A DNA stretch of 64,000 nucleotides from the NCBI GenBank assembly GCA_052168235.1, contig JBQLZK010000001.1, positions 64,001-128,000 on the forward strand, in the 5' to 3' direction. The position numbers and the translations under genes are program-made. Each line of letters begins with the position of its first letter. The first letter of the stretch is position 1. This document shows positions 41,882 through 51,521 of this stretch, piece by piece. Origin of the DNA: Thainema sp. GTDB taxonomy: Bacteria > Cyanobacteriota > Cyanobacteriia > Phormidesmidales > Phormidesmidaceae. A model generated the notes under the pieces. The model saw nothing but the letters and a program-made list of their open reading frames with translations. It searched no databases and was not told the origin of the DNA.

Positions 41882-42757
41882 TCAATTAATCTTCAGCAAA
41901 TCAGTTGCCGCCGCGTATTCCGCTGCCGTTAGTGGTTCTTCCCGTAGTTCAATACCAAACTCGGCTTGAGCAGCAGTCGCCAATGATTCGATTAATTCTG
42001 AAATAGAAACTCCAAACCGCTCAACACCCAAACATTGTCCTGAACTTAGCGATGATTCTTCGAGCCTCTCGCCTCTCGCCTCTCGCCTCACCATCAATTC
42101 GGTGCGTTGCGCTTCGCTTAACGGCACCCTACGATCTTCTTCGTCAAAGCCTTTACCGTCCTCTACAGCCCTCTCCCCCTCACTCATCATTGAGAATACC
42201 TCTTCCAACAGCCCCACATCTTGCTGCACCCGAATCGAGCCATGCTGTAGAATGCCCTGTCGTCGTCGGAGTTGAGCGCTGCCAATTAGTTTTTCTCCAG
42301 TCGGTAAGACTAAATCCGCTGCGGTTGCCGTGCCGAAACAGTCAGGATTGTGAATATAGCCCCGTCCGGCTTCGCCAAATTGGAGAGAGAGATTGTGCGA
42401 TCGCAATCCTGTAATCAAAAATTGACAGAGATAGCGGTAAACCTCCATCCGCGATCCAAGCAAGTTAGAGGTAATTACCGCATAGGTTAAATCGCCTTGA
42501 TGCAGAACCGCTCGTCCGCCAGTCGGTCGTCGCACCAAGTCAATTAGCTGGCCTTGCCAGGTGAGATGCTGCCAGTGTTCTGGCCATGACCGTTGATGAT
42601 AACCCAGTGAAATTGCCGCAGGTGACCAGGTATAGAACCGCAGCACGCTCGGCATTTTGCCCGCCAAATGCTGCTCCAAAAGCCACGCATCAATTGCCAT
42701 CTGTACCGCACCCGGAGCGTCGATCAGCGGTATCAAACGCCAAATATTCGCCATCAA
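41882..42757 (-). CDS. Lipoate-protein ligase A family protein
   Basis: QMAIDAWL, LRFYTWSP.ISLG, RRPTGGRAVLH, KLIGSAQ, LQHGSI; repeat-derived segment near the C-terminus. Confidence 0.9.
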   Translation of the reverse strand: MMANIWRLIPLIDAPGAVQMAIDAWLLEQHLAGKMPSVLRFYTWSPAAISLGYHQRSWPEHWQHLTWQGQLIDLVRRPTGGRAVLHQGDLTYAVITSNLLGSRMEVYRYLCQFLITGLRSHNLSLQFGEAGRGYIHNPDCFGTATAADLVLPTGEKLIGSAQLRRRQGILQHGSIRVQQDVGLLEEVFSMMSEGERAVEDGKGFDEEDRRVPLSEAQRTELMVRREARGERLEESSLSSGQCLGVERFGVSISELIESLATAAQAEFGIELREEPLTAAEYAAATDLLKIN

Positions 42758-42773
42758 TCACCCCAAACACACC

Positions 42774-42827
42774 GTAGGGGCGTTAGCGTAGCCATACCCG
42801 AAGGGTTATATGGCCATTCGCCCCTAC
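42774..42827. repeat. GTAG REP carrying a 26-nt internal insertion
   Basis: GTAGGGGCG[TTAGCGTAGCCATACCCGAAGGGTTA]TATGGCCATTCGCCCCTAC; compare 35652-35679. Confidence 0.75.
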
Positions 42828-42901
42828 GTAAAATTGAAAGACACCAAACTAAATTTATTCCTATGAATTGTGGATTGAATAGCCTATAAATCGTTCCATC
42901 C

Positions 42902-42930
42902 GTAGGGACACGGCATTGCCGTATCCCTAC
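42902..42930. repeat. GTAG-type REP palindrome
   Basis: GTAGGGACACGGCATTGCCGTATCCCTAC; related copy at 56315-56337. Confidence 0.8.
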
Positions 42931-42961
42931 CCAAGGATTCCAACTTATTAAATCTGCGTTT

Positions 42962-43435
42962 CTATACGTTGCCGTATTCCTGCTGGAGCGGTTCATCGAC
43001 ATCATCGGCAATGGTAGCCACGATAGTCATAATCCGCGAGGTTTCAGCCGGAGTCAGTTCCTCCAGCGTCCGGCTCGATACCACCACAACTTCATTACCA
43101 ATGATGGCAAACCGAGCTTCAAACGTCTCCGACCAGTTCATCTTGAGTAGCTTTTGCATGAGCTGCGCTTCGTTCTTTGCGGGCAAATTTAGCACAGGTG
43201 CCCAAACGGTTAACGTATCCTCGTCCTCGGTGCCGGAAAGCTGCACCATCACCTCAACCGTGCCGTACTTGAACTTCCATAGATACTGATCGTTGGCATG
43301 GCTGACCATTGCCGTTTGGTCAGTTTCCAGGCTGGAGATCACCGTTTCAATCACTTCAATGTGATTGGCGGCGGTATCCTCTTCAAACTCTTCAGTCATC
43401 GTGGGCACCGATTCAAGACTAGATTGGTAAGTCAT
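42962..43435 (-). CDS. YbjN/CesT-like chaperone-fold protein
   Basis: WKFKYGTVEV.V, LLKMNW..TFEARFAI, IVATIADD.DE. Confidence 0.8.
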   Translation of the reverse strand: MTYQSSLESVPTMTEEFEEDTAANHIEVIETVISSLETDQTAMVSHANDQYLWKFKYGTVEVMVQLSGTEDEDTLTVWAPVLNLPAKNEAQLMQKLLKMNWSETFEARFAIIGNEVVVVSSRTLEELTPAETSRIMTIVATIADDVDEPLQQEYGNV

Positions 43436-43529
43436 AAGGAATGAACAAGAGACGTACGCTATCTCAACTCTACAATCTAAAAAAAGCGATTACCGGATCT
43501 AGAACGCAGTTCTTTATAAATCCTTTTCT

Positions 43530-43624
43530 CTTACATCTTGCACGTTGAGAGCCTGAAGAGGTTATTTTGCCGCCGCGATGCGGCGGCAAAATAACCTCTT
43601 CAGGGTTTTGGTGCAAAATATGAG
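43530..43624. mobile_element. MITE-like hairpin element
   Basis: TIR CTTACATCTTGCAC...GTGCAAAATATGAG; perfect 25-bp stem (43552-43576/43580-43604) with GAT loop. Confidence 0.75.
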
Positions 43625-43731
43625 TTTCTTCGATATTTGCCTAAATCCTACTTGGTTCGGTATTTTCGCTTTGAGTGCTGCCCATTATCAGACACAATTA
43701 AACACGAGAGTTAAATCCGTTAGGAAAGATC

Positions 43732-45447
43732 ATGCCGCCGTTTAACTGGTTTCGTCGCGAGTTTGATGAAAAGGCCCAATCTGAGCAGTCTGCTGAATCG
43801 CAAGACCAGCAGACTGCTCAACCCGATGTTGCTGAGTCCAAATCGGATTCTGAATTAGCTGAATCAGCTGCTCCATCGGACTCGCAGCAACAGGCACTTG
43901 ATTATCTGGAGTGGGCGAAAGCAGCGTATCAAAATATTCAAAAGCAGCAGACTGCAACATCGGCGACTCCTACGGATGCCTCGACTGCAGATCCACCATC
44001 ATCTGCATCCAGTTCTGAACCAGCAGTTGCAGAACCGGGCGTTGCTGAAGCAGAAGTCACGGAACCAGAAGCCGAAGAAGCAAAAGTAGATGTGCAGGCT
44101 GCTCCAGAACCGACGCCAGAGCTAGAATCAGACACGGCGGCTGAAACAACTGAAGCGCCATCCGACGCTGAACCTGCTACGACTTCAGCATCTGTATCCT
44201 CTGCCTATGCGGCGGTGGAAGAACCGCTAGAAACACCTGTAGAGGAAGCAGTTGAAGCAGCGTCCACAGAACAGCCGGCTGCCGCCACGCCATTTTGGAT
44301 GCAGGCCAACGCAGAACGTCAAGAGCGCTTAGAACGGCTGAAAGCCACTGCTGAGGAAGAACCAGAGCTAGAGCCGACACCTCAACCCGCTGCTGCAACC
44401 ACAAAAACAGCACCACCTAAAATTCCGCCAGAACTGGTTGATTTTGACGAAGGCTTTATGTGGTCAGCGGAAATTTTGGCGGCTCAGGGACGGCGACCTG
44501 AAGAGATCTCAGTTGAAGAGATTACTTGGCTGAAGCGGCTGCGACAGGGACTTGGCAAAACTCGACGGGGCTTAGTGAATCAGCTCAAGGCCGTTGTCGG
44601 TCAGGGGCCACTGAACGAAGATGCTGTCATGGAGATTGAGGCACTGCTGCTCCAAGCTGATGTGGGTATTGAAGCCACCGATGAGATTATCAGTGGCCTG
44701 CAAAAGCGCTTACGGCAAGAGTCACTCCCCCCGGACGCTGCGATCGCATATTTAAAAGAGCTTCTGCGCAATATGTTGGATCAGCCGCTCCAGGGTAAGT
44801 ACAACGCTACGTTCGCGCCAGAAAAGGACACGTTTAATATCTGGCTGATCACGGGCGTTAACGGTGCCGGTAAAACGACTACGATTGGCAAAATCGCTCA
44901 TTTGGCCAAGAAGTCAGACTATCGCTGTCTGATTGCAGCAGCAGACACCTTTCGAGCGGCAGCGGTGGAGCAGGTCAAAGTCTGGGGCCAGCGCAGTGAT
45001 GTGGAGGTGATTGCCAACCCTGGCAAGAATACCGATCCAGCGGCAGTAGTTTACGATGCGATCAGCGCCGCTCAGTCCCGTGAAACGGAACTCTTGCTGG
45101 TGGATACGGCAGGGCGACTCCAGAATAAAAAGAATCTGATGGAAGAGTTGAGCAAAATCCGCCGCATCATTGATAAACGCGCCGACAATGCCAAGATAGA
45201 GTCGCTGCTGGTGCTAGATGCCACGCTGGGCCAGAACGGTCTGCGACAGGCGGAAGTGTTTGCCGAAGCAGCCCAACTCAGCGGTGTTGTCCTGACCAAG
45301 CTGGACGGTACGGCCAAGGGTGGTATCGCTCTAGCCGTGGTGCAGCAGTTGGGTTTACCGATCCGCTTTATTGGAGCGGGTGAGGGCATTGAAGACCTGC
45401 GCCCGTTTTCCAGCTATGAGTTTGTTGAAGCGCTACTCAGCGGTTAG
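43732..45447 (+). CDS. ftsY: SRP receptor FtsY
   Basis: Acidic A domain; GVNGAGKTTT, DTFRAAA, DTAGR, TKLDGTAKGG. Confidence 0.97.
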   Translation: MPPFNWFRREFDEKAQSEQSAESQDQQTAQPDVAESKSDSELAESAAPSDSQQQALDYLEWAKAAYQNIQKQQTATSATPTDASTADPPSSASSSEPAVAEPGVAEAEVTEPEAEEAKVDVQAAPEPTPELESDTAAETTEAPSDAEPATTSASVSSAYAAVEEPLETPVEEAVEAASTEQPAAATPFWMQANAERQERLERLKATAEEEPELEPTPQPAAATTKTAPPKIPPELVDFDEGFMWSAEILAAQGRRPEEISVEEITWLKRLRQGLGKTRRGLVNQLKAVVGQGPLNEDAVMEIEALLLQADVGIEATDEIISGLQKRLRQESLPPDAAIAYLKELLRNMLDQPLQGKYNATFAPEKDTFNIWLITGVNGAGKTTTIGKIAHLAKKSDYRCLIAAADTFRAAAVEQVKVWGQRSDVEVIANPGKNTDPAAVVYDAISAAQSRETELLLVDTAGRLQNKKNLMEELSKIRRIIDKRADNAKIESLLVLDATLGQNGLRQAEVFAEAAQLSGVVLTKLDGTAKGGIALAVVQQLGLPIRFIGAGEGIEDLRPFSSYEFVEALLSG

Positions 45448-45452
45448 TCTTT

Positions 45453-45495
45453 AATCAAAAAAGCGGGATGGCAGCGCCACCCCGCTTTTTTGATT
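45453..45495. terminator. Bidirectional terminator between ftsY and aspC-like gene
   Basis: aatcaaaaaagcggg...cccgcttttttgatt. Confidence 0.85.
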
Positions 45496-46660
45496 AAACC
45501 AGCGATTTAGTAAAGCGATCTAGGCGCTCCATACCCTTTTTAATCGTTTCCATATCGGTCGCGTAGGAAAGGCGAATATTGTCATCAGCGCCAAAGGCCA
45601 CGCCGGGAATCGCAGCCACATGCTCAGTTTCGAGCAGCTTCGTGCAGAAATCCATCGACTTGATGCCTAGTTTAGAGATATTGGGGAACATGTAGAATGC
45701 GCCCTGCGGTTCTGGGCAGACAAACCCTGGAATTGAATTTAGCGCTTCATAGATATAGTTGCGACGTTCCGCAAAGGCAAGACGCATTTCTTCCACACAG
45801 TCTTGTGACCCTTCTAAAGCTGCGATCGCACCATACTGGGCAAAGGTACACACATTCGACGTGCTGTGGCCTTGAATTTTGGTTGTTGCCTGAATCAGTT
45901 CTTCTGGCCCCGCTAGATAGCCAACCCGCCAGCCCGTCATCGAGTAGGCTTTGGCAAACCCGTTGCTGGTAATCGTGCGGGCAAAGGCGTCTGGACTGGC
46001 TGCACCGATGCTGAAGTGAGTTGCACCATCGTAGAGAATCCGCTCATAGATTTCGTCTGCCACCACCCAAATGCCTGCATCGACAACCACCTGTGCGATC
46101 GCACGCACCTCATCGGGTGAGTACACCATGCCCGTCGGGTTAGACGGTGAGTTGAAAACAAATAGCTTCGTCTGAGGCGTAATCGCCTGCTTCAACTGCT
46201 CCGGCGTAATCTTGTAGCCTTGATCTACGGTGGTTTCGACAATGACCGACTTGCCACCCGCCAGCTTCACCATTTCGGGGTAGCTGACCCAGTAAGGAGC
46301 CGGAATAATTACCTCGTCGCCTTCCTCAATCAGCGCCTGAGTCAGATTGTAAAGGGACTGCTTGCCGCCATTGGTCACAGCAATATTTTTCACTTCGTAG
46401 GGAAGCTGATTCTCGGTTTGCAGCTTATGTGCGATCGCAGATCGCAAAGCGGGTTCACCTGCGGCTGGCCCATAGCGAGTTTTGCCATCATCTAATGCCT
46501 GCTTAGCGGCAGCTTTAATATGTTCCGGTGTATCAAAGTCCGGTTCTCCAGCGCTAAAGCTACAAACATCTAACCCATCGGCTTTCATGGCTTTGGCTTT
46601 TGCAGAGATGGCCAAAGTTAATGAAGCTTCTACCCGATTGACCCGTGCGGCTAATTTCAT
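45494..46660 (-). CDS. aspC: PLP-dependent aspartate aminotransferase (class I)
   Basis: [43 protein letters not shown] at 46660. Confidence 0.88.
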   Translation of the reverse strand: MKLAARVNRVEASLTLAISAKAKAMKADGLDVCSFSAGEPDFDTPEHIKAAAKQALDDGKTRYGPAAGEPALRSAIAHKLQTENQLPYEVKNIAVTNGGKQSLYNLTQALIEEGDEVIIPAPYWVSYPEMVKLAGGKSVIVETTVDQGYKITPEQLKQAITPQTKLFVFNSPSNPTGMVYSPDEVRAIAQVVVDAGIWVVADEIYERILYDGATHFSIGAASPDAFARTITSNGFAKAYSMTGWRVGYLAGPEELIQATTKIQGHSTSNVCTFAQYGAIAALEGSQDCVEEMRLAFAERRNYIYEALNSIPGFVCPEPQGAFYMFPNISKLGIKSMDFCTKLLETEHVAAIPGVAFGADDNIRLSYATDMETIKKGMERLDRFTKSLV

Positions 46661-46986
46661 CCCGTTCTTCCTGCGCACTCACCTACGCACTCACATTCAG
46701 CTCTATTTGAATCAATCCACCAGTCAAATTACTGATGAAATCAGCAGGTTGACGGCACATGTTAACGACACATAGTGCTGTCAGCAATCTGACTAACGCC
46801 ATAATTCAACCAACCTAGTCTACTTCAGAGAATAAAATCTGACCGTTAACGGTCAAGATTCGATCACATCTCGATCCACGACCCCATTTAATCAGCCTGT
46901 CGTAAATCAGCCTGTTATGGACTGTTGTAAAGTGGGCATCACCCACCAGCCCCAATCTTTGGTCAGCCAAAGTCAGGCCAACCCTG

Positions 46987-47304
46987 TTAAGAGACCGTTT
47001 CTAAAACCGCCTGTAGCCGACTCCGAAATTCACCTTTCGGATGTCCCCCTTTTACTTCACCCAAAATCTGAAACTCATCGCTTTCGGGTTCCTCACAGAC
47101 TAAATAGGTCGGCCATCCCATTGCTGATTTATCAGGATACTGAGCCAGCAGAATCTGGCGGTACTTCCGATAGGTAGCCGTATCCTGCATTTTGACGTTG
47201 ATGAAGTCCATCCCTAGTTCGGCGGCAACTTTCTCGTCATAAAAGGACATTTTGTGGCAGATGCCACAGTCTTCAGACGAAAACTTAATGACAGCACGAC
47301 TCAT
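46987..47304 (-). CDS. Small thioredoxin-fold protein (CGIC)
   Basis: KFSSEDCGICHKM and cis-Pro motif GWPTY; 105 aa from ATG 47304. Confidence 0.8.
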   Translation of the reverse strand: MSRAVIKFSSEDCGICHKMSFYDEKVAAELGMDFINVKMQDTATYRKYRQILLAQYPDKSAMGWPTYLVCEEPESDEFQILGEVKGGHPKGEFRSRLQAVLETVS

Positions 47305-47686
47305 GAGCGTTTCAATCTCTTTCGGTACATTGCAATTCCCCATTTTCCCAGAGATACTCTGAACTCGTGCCGAAACCGATGTAAATCGTCAAGAAAAATC
47401 CCCAGACTCTCCGAAGAGAGGCCAGGGATGAATCAGGGTGCATCTACTAATCACTCTTTTCCAAAGGCTATGAAGGCGATCCGGACAGTTTTACTAAATT
47501 ATCGGGTTTTACCGAACTTTGTATGAGACCCAAAGCGATGTGGGATTACCACGACACCAGGGGGTCATGATAGTCAATCACTCCACTACCATCTCGTTTA
47601 CTGCGATTGGGATGCGATCGCATCCCAATTACATGAGTGGGAAAACCGTTTAGAGAACGATTCAGAAAACAGTTGAAAAATCTCAA

Positions 47687-47712
47687 ATCATCTGAATAGA
47701 TATTCAAATGGA
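47687..47712. promoter_or_regulatory. SmtB/ZiaR-type operator upstream of the repressor gene
   Basis: catcTGAAtagataTTCAaatg inverted repeat. Confidence 0.65.
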
Positions 47713-47787
47713 AATGATTCTCAGTATCATAGATCTGAAAGATATTTCTCAACTGTCTTTCAAATCAAGACGTTATTAATTTTGCTC

Positions 47788-48180
47788 ATGGCTGATTCTC
47801 GCTCTACAAAGAACTCCAACAATCAGAATGCTGATGCCCCTAGCTGTGAAAAGTCCCTCGTGCATTTGGACAATGTACGCCAGGTGCAGCCTGAGGTCTT
47901 GGAAACAGAAAAAGCTCAGCGGATGGCGGAGTTTTTTAGCGCCTTGGCCGACCCCCATCGGCTGAAGCTCTTGTCAGCGCTGGCGCGGCAGGAACTCTGC
48001 GTCTGTGACTTAGCGGCAGCGGTCAAAATGGGGGAATCAGCGGTATCCCATCAACTCCGAGTATTGCGATCTCAGCGTCTGGTTAAGTACCGTCGCCAGG
48101 GCCGCAACGTTTACTACGGACTAGCAGACGACCATATCATGGCTCTTTATCGCGAAGTGGCTGAACATCTGGATGAGTAA
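47788..48180 (+). CDS. ArsR/SmtB family metal-sensing repressor (SmtB/ZiaR-like)
   Basis: [30 protein letters not shown], alpha5 site DDH....EHLDE. Confidence 0.92.
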   Translation: MADSRSTKNSNNQNADAPSCEKSLVHLDNVRQVQPEVLETEKAQRMAEFFSALADPHRLKLLSALARQELCVCDLAAAVKMGESAVSHQLRVLRSQRLVKYRRQGRNVYYGLADDHIMALYREVAEHLDE

Positions 48181-48216
48181 ACCCTGCCACCATTGCCGCT
48201 ATCGCGAATTCGGTGT

Positions 48217-48242
48217 AACATCTGAATAACCTTTCAGATATT
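48217..48242. promoter_or_regulatory. SmtB/ZiaR 12-2-12 operator upstream of the ATPase
   Basis: AACATCTGAAtaacctTTCAGATATT. Confidence 0.82.
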
Positions 48243-48264
48243 CATAAAGTTTCCAGGTGGCCCT

Positions 48265-50280
48265 ATGGTCGAGTCTCATTCCCCTCACGCTGGCGGTTGC
48301 TGTGGTGCCGAATCAGCCTGTAGCCAGGAAACGGCGACCCCCCATCCCGTCGAGGAGCAGAGCGGGTGCTGTGGCCATGACCACGGACATGCCCATGATC
48401 GCAACGCCTTTGATCTCCGGCAGGAGCTAACTCCGATTGCGATCGCAGCCGTCCTTTTCCTGATCGGCCTGATCTTCAATCAAGCGCTGCACAATACCCC
48501 ATTCGCCATTGCCGAATACGCCGTTCTAATTCCGGCCTACCTAATCAGTGGTTGGAGCGTCCTCACCACAGCCGGACGCAACATTCTGCGGGGGCGGATT
48601 TTTGATGAGAATTTTCTGATGACGATTGCTACGCTGGGTGCGATCGCGATTCATGAAATTCCTGAAGCAGTGGCGGTGATGCTGTTTTTTCAGGTGGGAG
48701 AACTGTTTCAAGGCTATTCCGTGATGCGATCGCGCCGCTCCATCAAAGCGCTACTAGAGGTGCGACCTGATACAGCCAATCTGAGGGTGCAAGATGACGT
48801 GCGAGTCGTCTCTCCAGAATCAGTCAAAGTTGGAGACACAATCCTGGTGCGTCCCGGTGAAAAAGTACCCCTAGATGGCGAAATCCTAGAGGGTAAGTCG
48901 CTAGTGGATACCTCGGCCCTCACAGGAGAATCCGTCCCGCGCACTGTTGCAACTGGTGACACTGTACTGGCGGGCATGATCAACCAGTCAGGAGTGCTCA
49001 CTGTGCAAGTCACCAAGCCCTTCAGTGAATCGTCCATCTCCAGAATTTTGGAACTGGTCGAAAATGCCAGCAGTAAAAAAGCTGACACTGAAAAGTTCAT
49101 CACCCGTTTTGCTCGCTATTACACCCCGGTTGTCGTGTTTCTCTCGCTCGCGGTGGCTATTCTGCCACCTCTATTTCTAACGGGAGCAACTCCGGCTGAG
49201 TGGACTTACCGAGCCCTAGTCCTGCTAGTTATTTCCTGCCCCTGCGGTCTGGTCATCAGCATTCCCCTGGGCTACTTTGGCGGCGTAGGTGGAGCAGCTA
49301 AGCGCGGCATTCTGGTAAAAGGCTCCACCTTTTTGGATGCCCTGACCCAGGTAAAAATGGTGGTCTTTGATAAAACCGGCACCTTGACCCAGGGCAGCTT
49401 TCGCGTCACCGATGTGATTACTCACAACGGTTTGAGTCAGCATCAACTGTTAGAGCTAGCAGCCCAAGCCGAGTCTCAGTCTAATCATCCTGTCGCCCAA
49501 TCAATTCGACAGGCCTACGGACAGGTCATTGATCCCGCAGCGGTGCAGGATTATGAAGAGATTTCAGGCCACGGCATTCGCGCCCGAGTCAATGGACGAG
49601 CGGTGCTGGCAGGCAATGACAAACTCCTGCATCGCGAAGCGATTCCCCATGATGTTTGTGTCGTGGACGGCACTGTCGCGCATCTAGCCGTTGATGGTCA
49701 GTACAGCGGACGCATCATCATTGCCGATAAACTGAAGGAGGACGCTGTCGAGGCCATTCGCGCCCTTCATGCGCAGGGTATCCAAACCGCCATGCTTACG
49801 GGCGACAGCCAATCTGTGGCCGACAGGATTGCCCAAAAGCTGGGGCTTGACCAGTATCGAGCTGAACTGCTGCCCGAAGATAAGGTCGAAGTGCTGGAGG
49901 AATGGCTGCATCGAGTCCATCAAACTAAAGGCAAAGTCGCTTTTGTTGGGGATGGAATTAACGACGCACCGGTAATCGCCCGAGCCGATGTGGGTCTTGC
50001 AATGGGTGGACTCGGTTCAGATGCCGCCATTGAAACTGCTGATGTGGTGATCATGACTGATGCACCCTCTAAGGTTGCTGAAGCGATCCAGATTGCTCAC
50101 AAAACGCTGCGCGTTGTTTGGCAAAATATCATTTTCGCGATGGCAATTAAGGGGATTTTCATCGCCCTGGGCGCGATCGGGTTTGCTAGTCTCTGGGAAG
50201 CGGTGTTTGCCGATGTCGGTGTAGCACTGCTGGCCATTCTCAATGCGAGCCGGATTATTCGGAACCCTCAATCACATTAG
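48265..50280 (+). CDS. Zn/Cd-exporting P1B-type ATPase (ZiaA/CadA-like)
   Basis: TGES, SCPC, DKTGTLT, HP, GDGINDAP; N-terminal CC...CC and His-rich metal-binding tail. Confidence 0.93.
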   Translation: MVESHSPHAGGCCGAESACSQETATPHPVEEQSGCCGHDHGHAHDRNAFDLRQELTPIAIAAVLFLIGLIFNQALHNTPFAIAEYAVLIPAYLISGWSVLTTAGRNILRGRIFDENFLMTIATLGAIAIHEIPEAVAVMLFFQVGELFQGYSVMRSRRSIKALLEVRPDTANLRVQDDVRVVSPESVKVGDTILVRPGEKVPLDGEILEGKSLVDTSALTGESVPRTVATGDTVLAGMINQSGVLTVQVTKPFSESSISRILELVENASSKKADTEKFITRFARYYTPVVVFLSLAVAILPPLFLTGATPAEWTYRALVLLVISCPCGLVISIPLGYFGGVGGAAKRGILVKGSTFLDALTQVKMVVFDKTGTLTQGSFRVTDVITHNGLSQHQLLELAAQAESQSNHPVAQSIRQAYGQVIDPAAVQDYEEISGHGIRARVNGRAVLAGNDKLLHREAIPHDVCVVDGTVAHLAVDGQYSGRIIIADKLKEDAVEAIRALHAQGIQTAMLTGDSQSVADRIAQKLGLDQYRAELLPEDKVEVLEEWLHRVHQTKGKVAFVGDGINDAPVIARADVGLAMGGLGSDAAIETADVVIMTDAPSKVAEAIQIAHKTLRVVWQNIIFAMAIKGIFIALGAIGFASLWEAVFADVGVALLAILNASRIIRNPQSH

Positions 50281-50465
50281 GTATTCAGCTTGCCACTGGG
50301 AGGATATCGCTGTCTCAGTTCGTAGCGTGCCAATAGCCCTGAGCTAAGTAATATGGGTGCAGTGCGCGCGAGCGGCTTGTAGAGGAAAGTTGCTGTTAGC
50401 AAGACGGTTGCCCAACCCCTCATTTTCACTAGTTTAGGCAAATCCCTGGACGATTGCTGTTTCAA

Positions 50466-50555
50466 TAGACTTTATCGGAAATTGTTTTGTAGCGCGGCGA
50501 AGCCGCGCTACAAAACAATTTCCAACCCCAAAAATTTTATTTCCAATAAAGTCTA
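50466..50555. mobile_element. MITE-like hairpin element, copy B
   Basis: TIR TAGACTTTAT...ATAAAGTCTA; same hairpin as 4728-4816. Confidence 0.8.
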
Positions 50556-50634
50556 ATACCTTTCCCTCAATCACCCAAAATCCTGATCCAGTCTAGCTAA
50601 TCCATTTTGCTGACCTATCCGCCAAAAACACCAT

Positions 50635-50675
50635 GAAAATAGGGTGGAATTGTTGAACAATTCCACCCTATTTTC
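50635..50675. terminator. Hairpin terminator downstream of sigF
   Basis: gaaaatagggtggaattgtt-g-aacaattccaccctattttc. Confidence 0.7.
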
Positions 50676-50732
50676 AAACTGACGACACTCCGCTGACTTG
50701 GCTTTGATGTAGCGTTGGTTTCGCGTTATAAA

Positions 50733-51521
50733 CTAAGGTTCGGTTCTGAACTGCTCAGTGGGCTGAAGATACTCAACCATTTGCTCAATACCGCGCTGGA
50801 TACGGCGGGTAACGGTCATGGGGCTGACCCCGATTTTCTCAGCCACTTCTTTACGAGATAGACCTTTTAGAAACACATAGTCAATGGCACAACGGGTCTT
50901 TTCTTCCAGTTGACTCATCGCCCGATGGAGCTGTTGGCGATCTTCCTCTAGCTGTTGTAATACCTGGTAGTGAGCGTCGGGAATCGTGTCGCCCAGAGTT
51001 AATGAGGAATCAGACTGATAGCTAACGGTGGCATCTAGACTGAGCAGGGAACGATTTTTAGAGGCCATCTTCACTTCGCGCCACTCATTCACTGCAACAC
51101 CCATCCGTTCAGCAATTTCGATATCGTTGGGTTGGTGGCCAAGCTCGCGGGTGAGGGCTAGGCGGGCTCTTTGACCTTCTTTTTGTAGATCTTGCCAGCG
51201 ACGGGGAATTCTAACTGTATTGCCGCGATCGCGCAGGAAGTGCAGCATCTCACCGCGAATGTAGGGAACCGCAAAGGAGCTGAATGCACAACCTTGGGTA
51301 GGGTCAAACCGCTCAATGGCACGGATCAGGCCGAGGTAGCCAATTTGCTCTAGATCTTCATAGGGTTCAGAGCACTGATGGCAAACCCGGTGAGCAATCT
51401 TACGGACGAGACCAGCATTTAAGCGAACCAGTTGGTTCCGGAGTCTTACAGAGGGATTCTGCTTGTAAGCAATGAGCAGTTCCATACCACGGGTGCGAAG
51501 TGAGGTTGTTTGAGTAGCCAT
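50733..51521 (-). CDS. sigF: Group 3 RNA polymerase sigma factor SigF
   Basis: RNQLVRLNAGLVRKIAHR, EPYEDLEQIGYLGLIRAIERFDP, PYIRGEMLHFLRD. ATG at 51521. Confidence 0.9.
   Translation of the reverse strand: MATQTTSLRTRGMELLIAYKQNPSVRLRNQLVRLNAGLVRKIAHRVCHQCSEPYEDLEQIGYLGLIRAIERFDPTQGCAFSSFAVPYIRGEMLHFLRDRGNTVRIPRRWQDLQKEGQRARLALTRELGHQPNDIEIAERMGVAVNEWREVKMASKNRSLLSLDATVSYQSDSSLTLGDTIPDAHYQVLQQLEEDRQQLHRAMSQLEEKTRCAIDYVFLKGLSRKEVAEKIGVSPMTVTRRIQRGIEQMVEYLQPTEQFRTEP

Noticed and set aside
41658..41885. 75-aa ORF overlapping the lipoate ligase stop
   Set aside because: No motifs or other support; cannot be distinguished from a chance ORF.
47340..47530. Riboswitch (cobalamin or glycine) upstream of the thioredoxin-like gene
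   Set aside because: No B12-box or complete glycine aptamer core on the coding strand; the hairpin fits repeat or IS-end DNA better.
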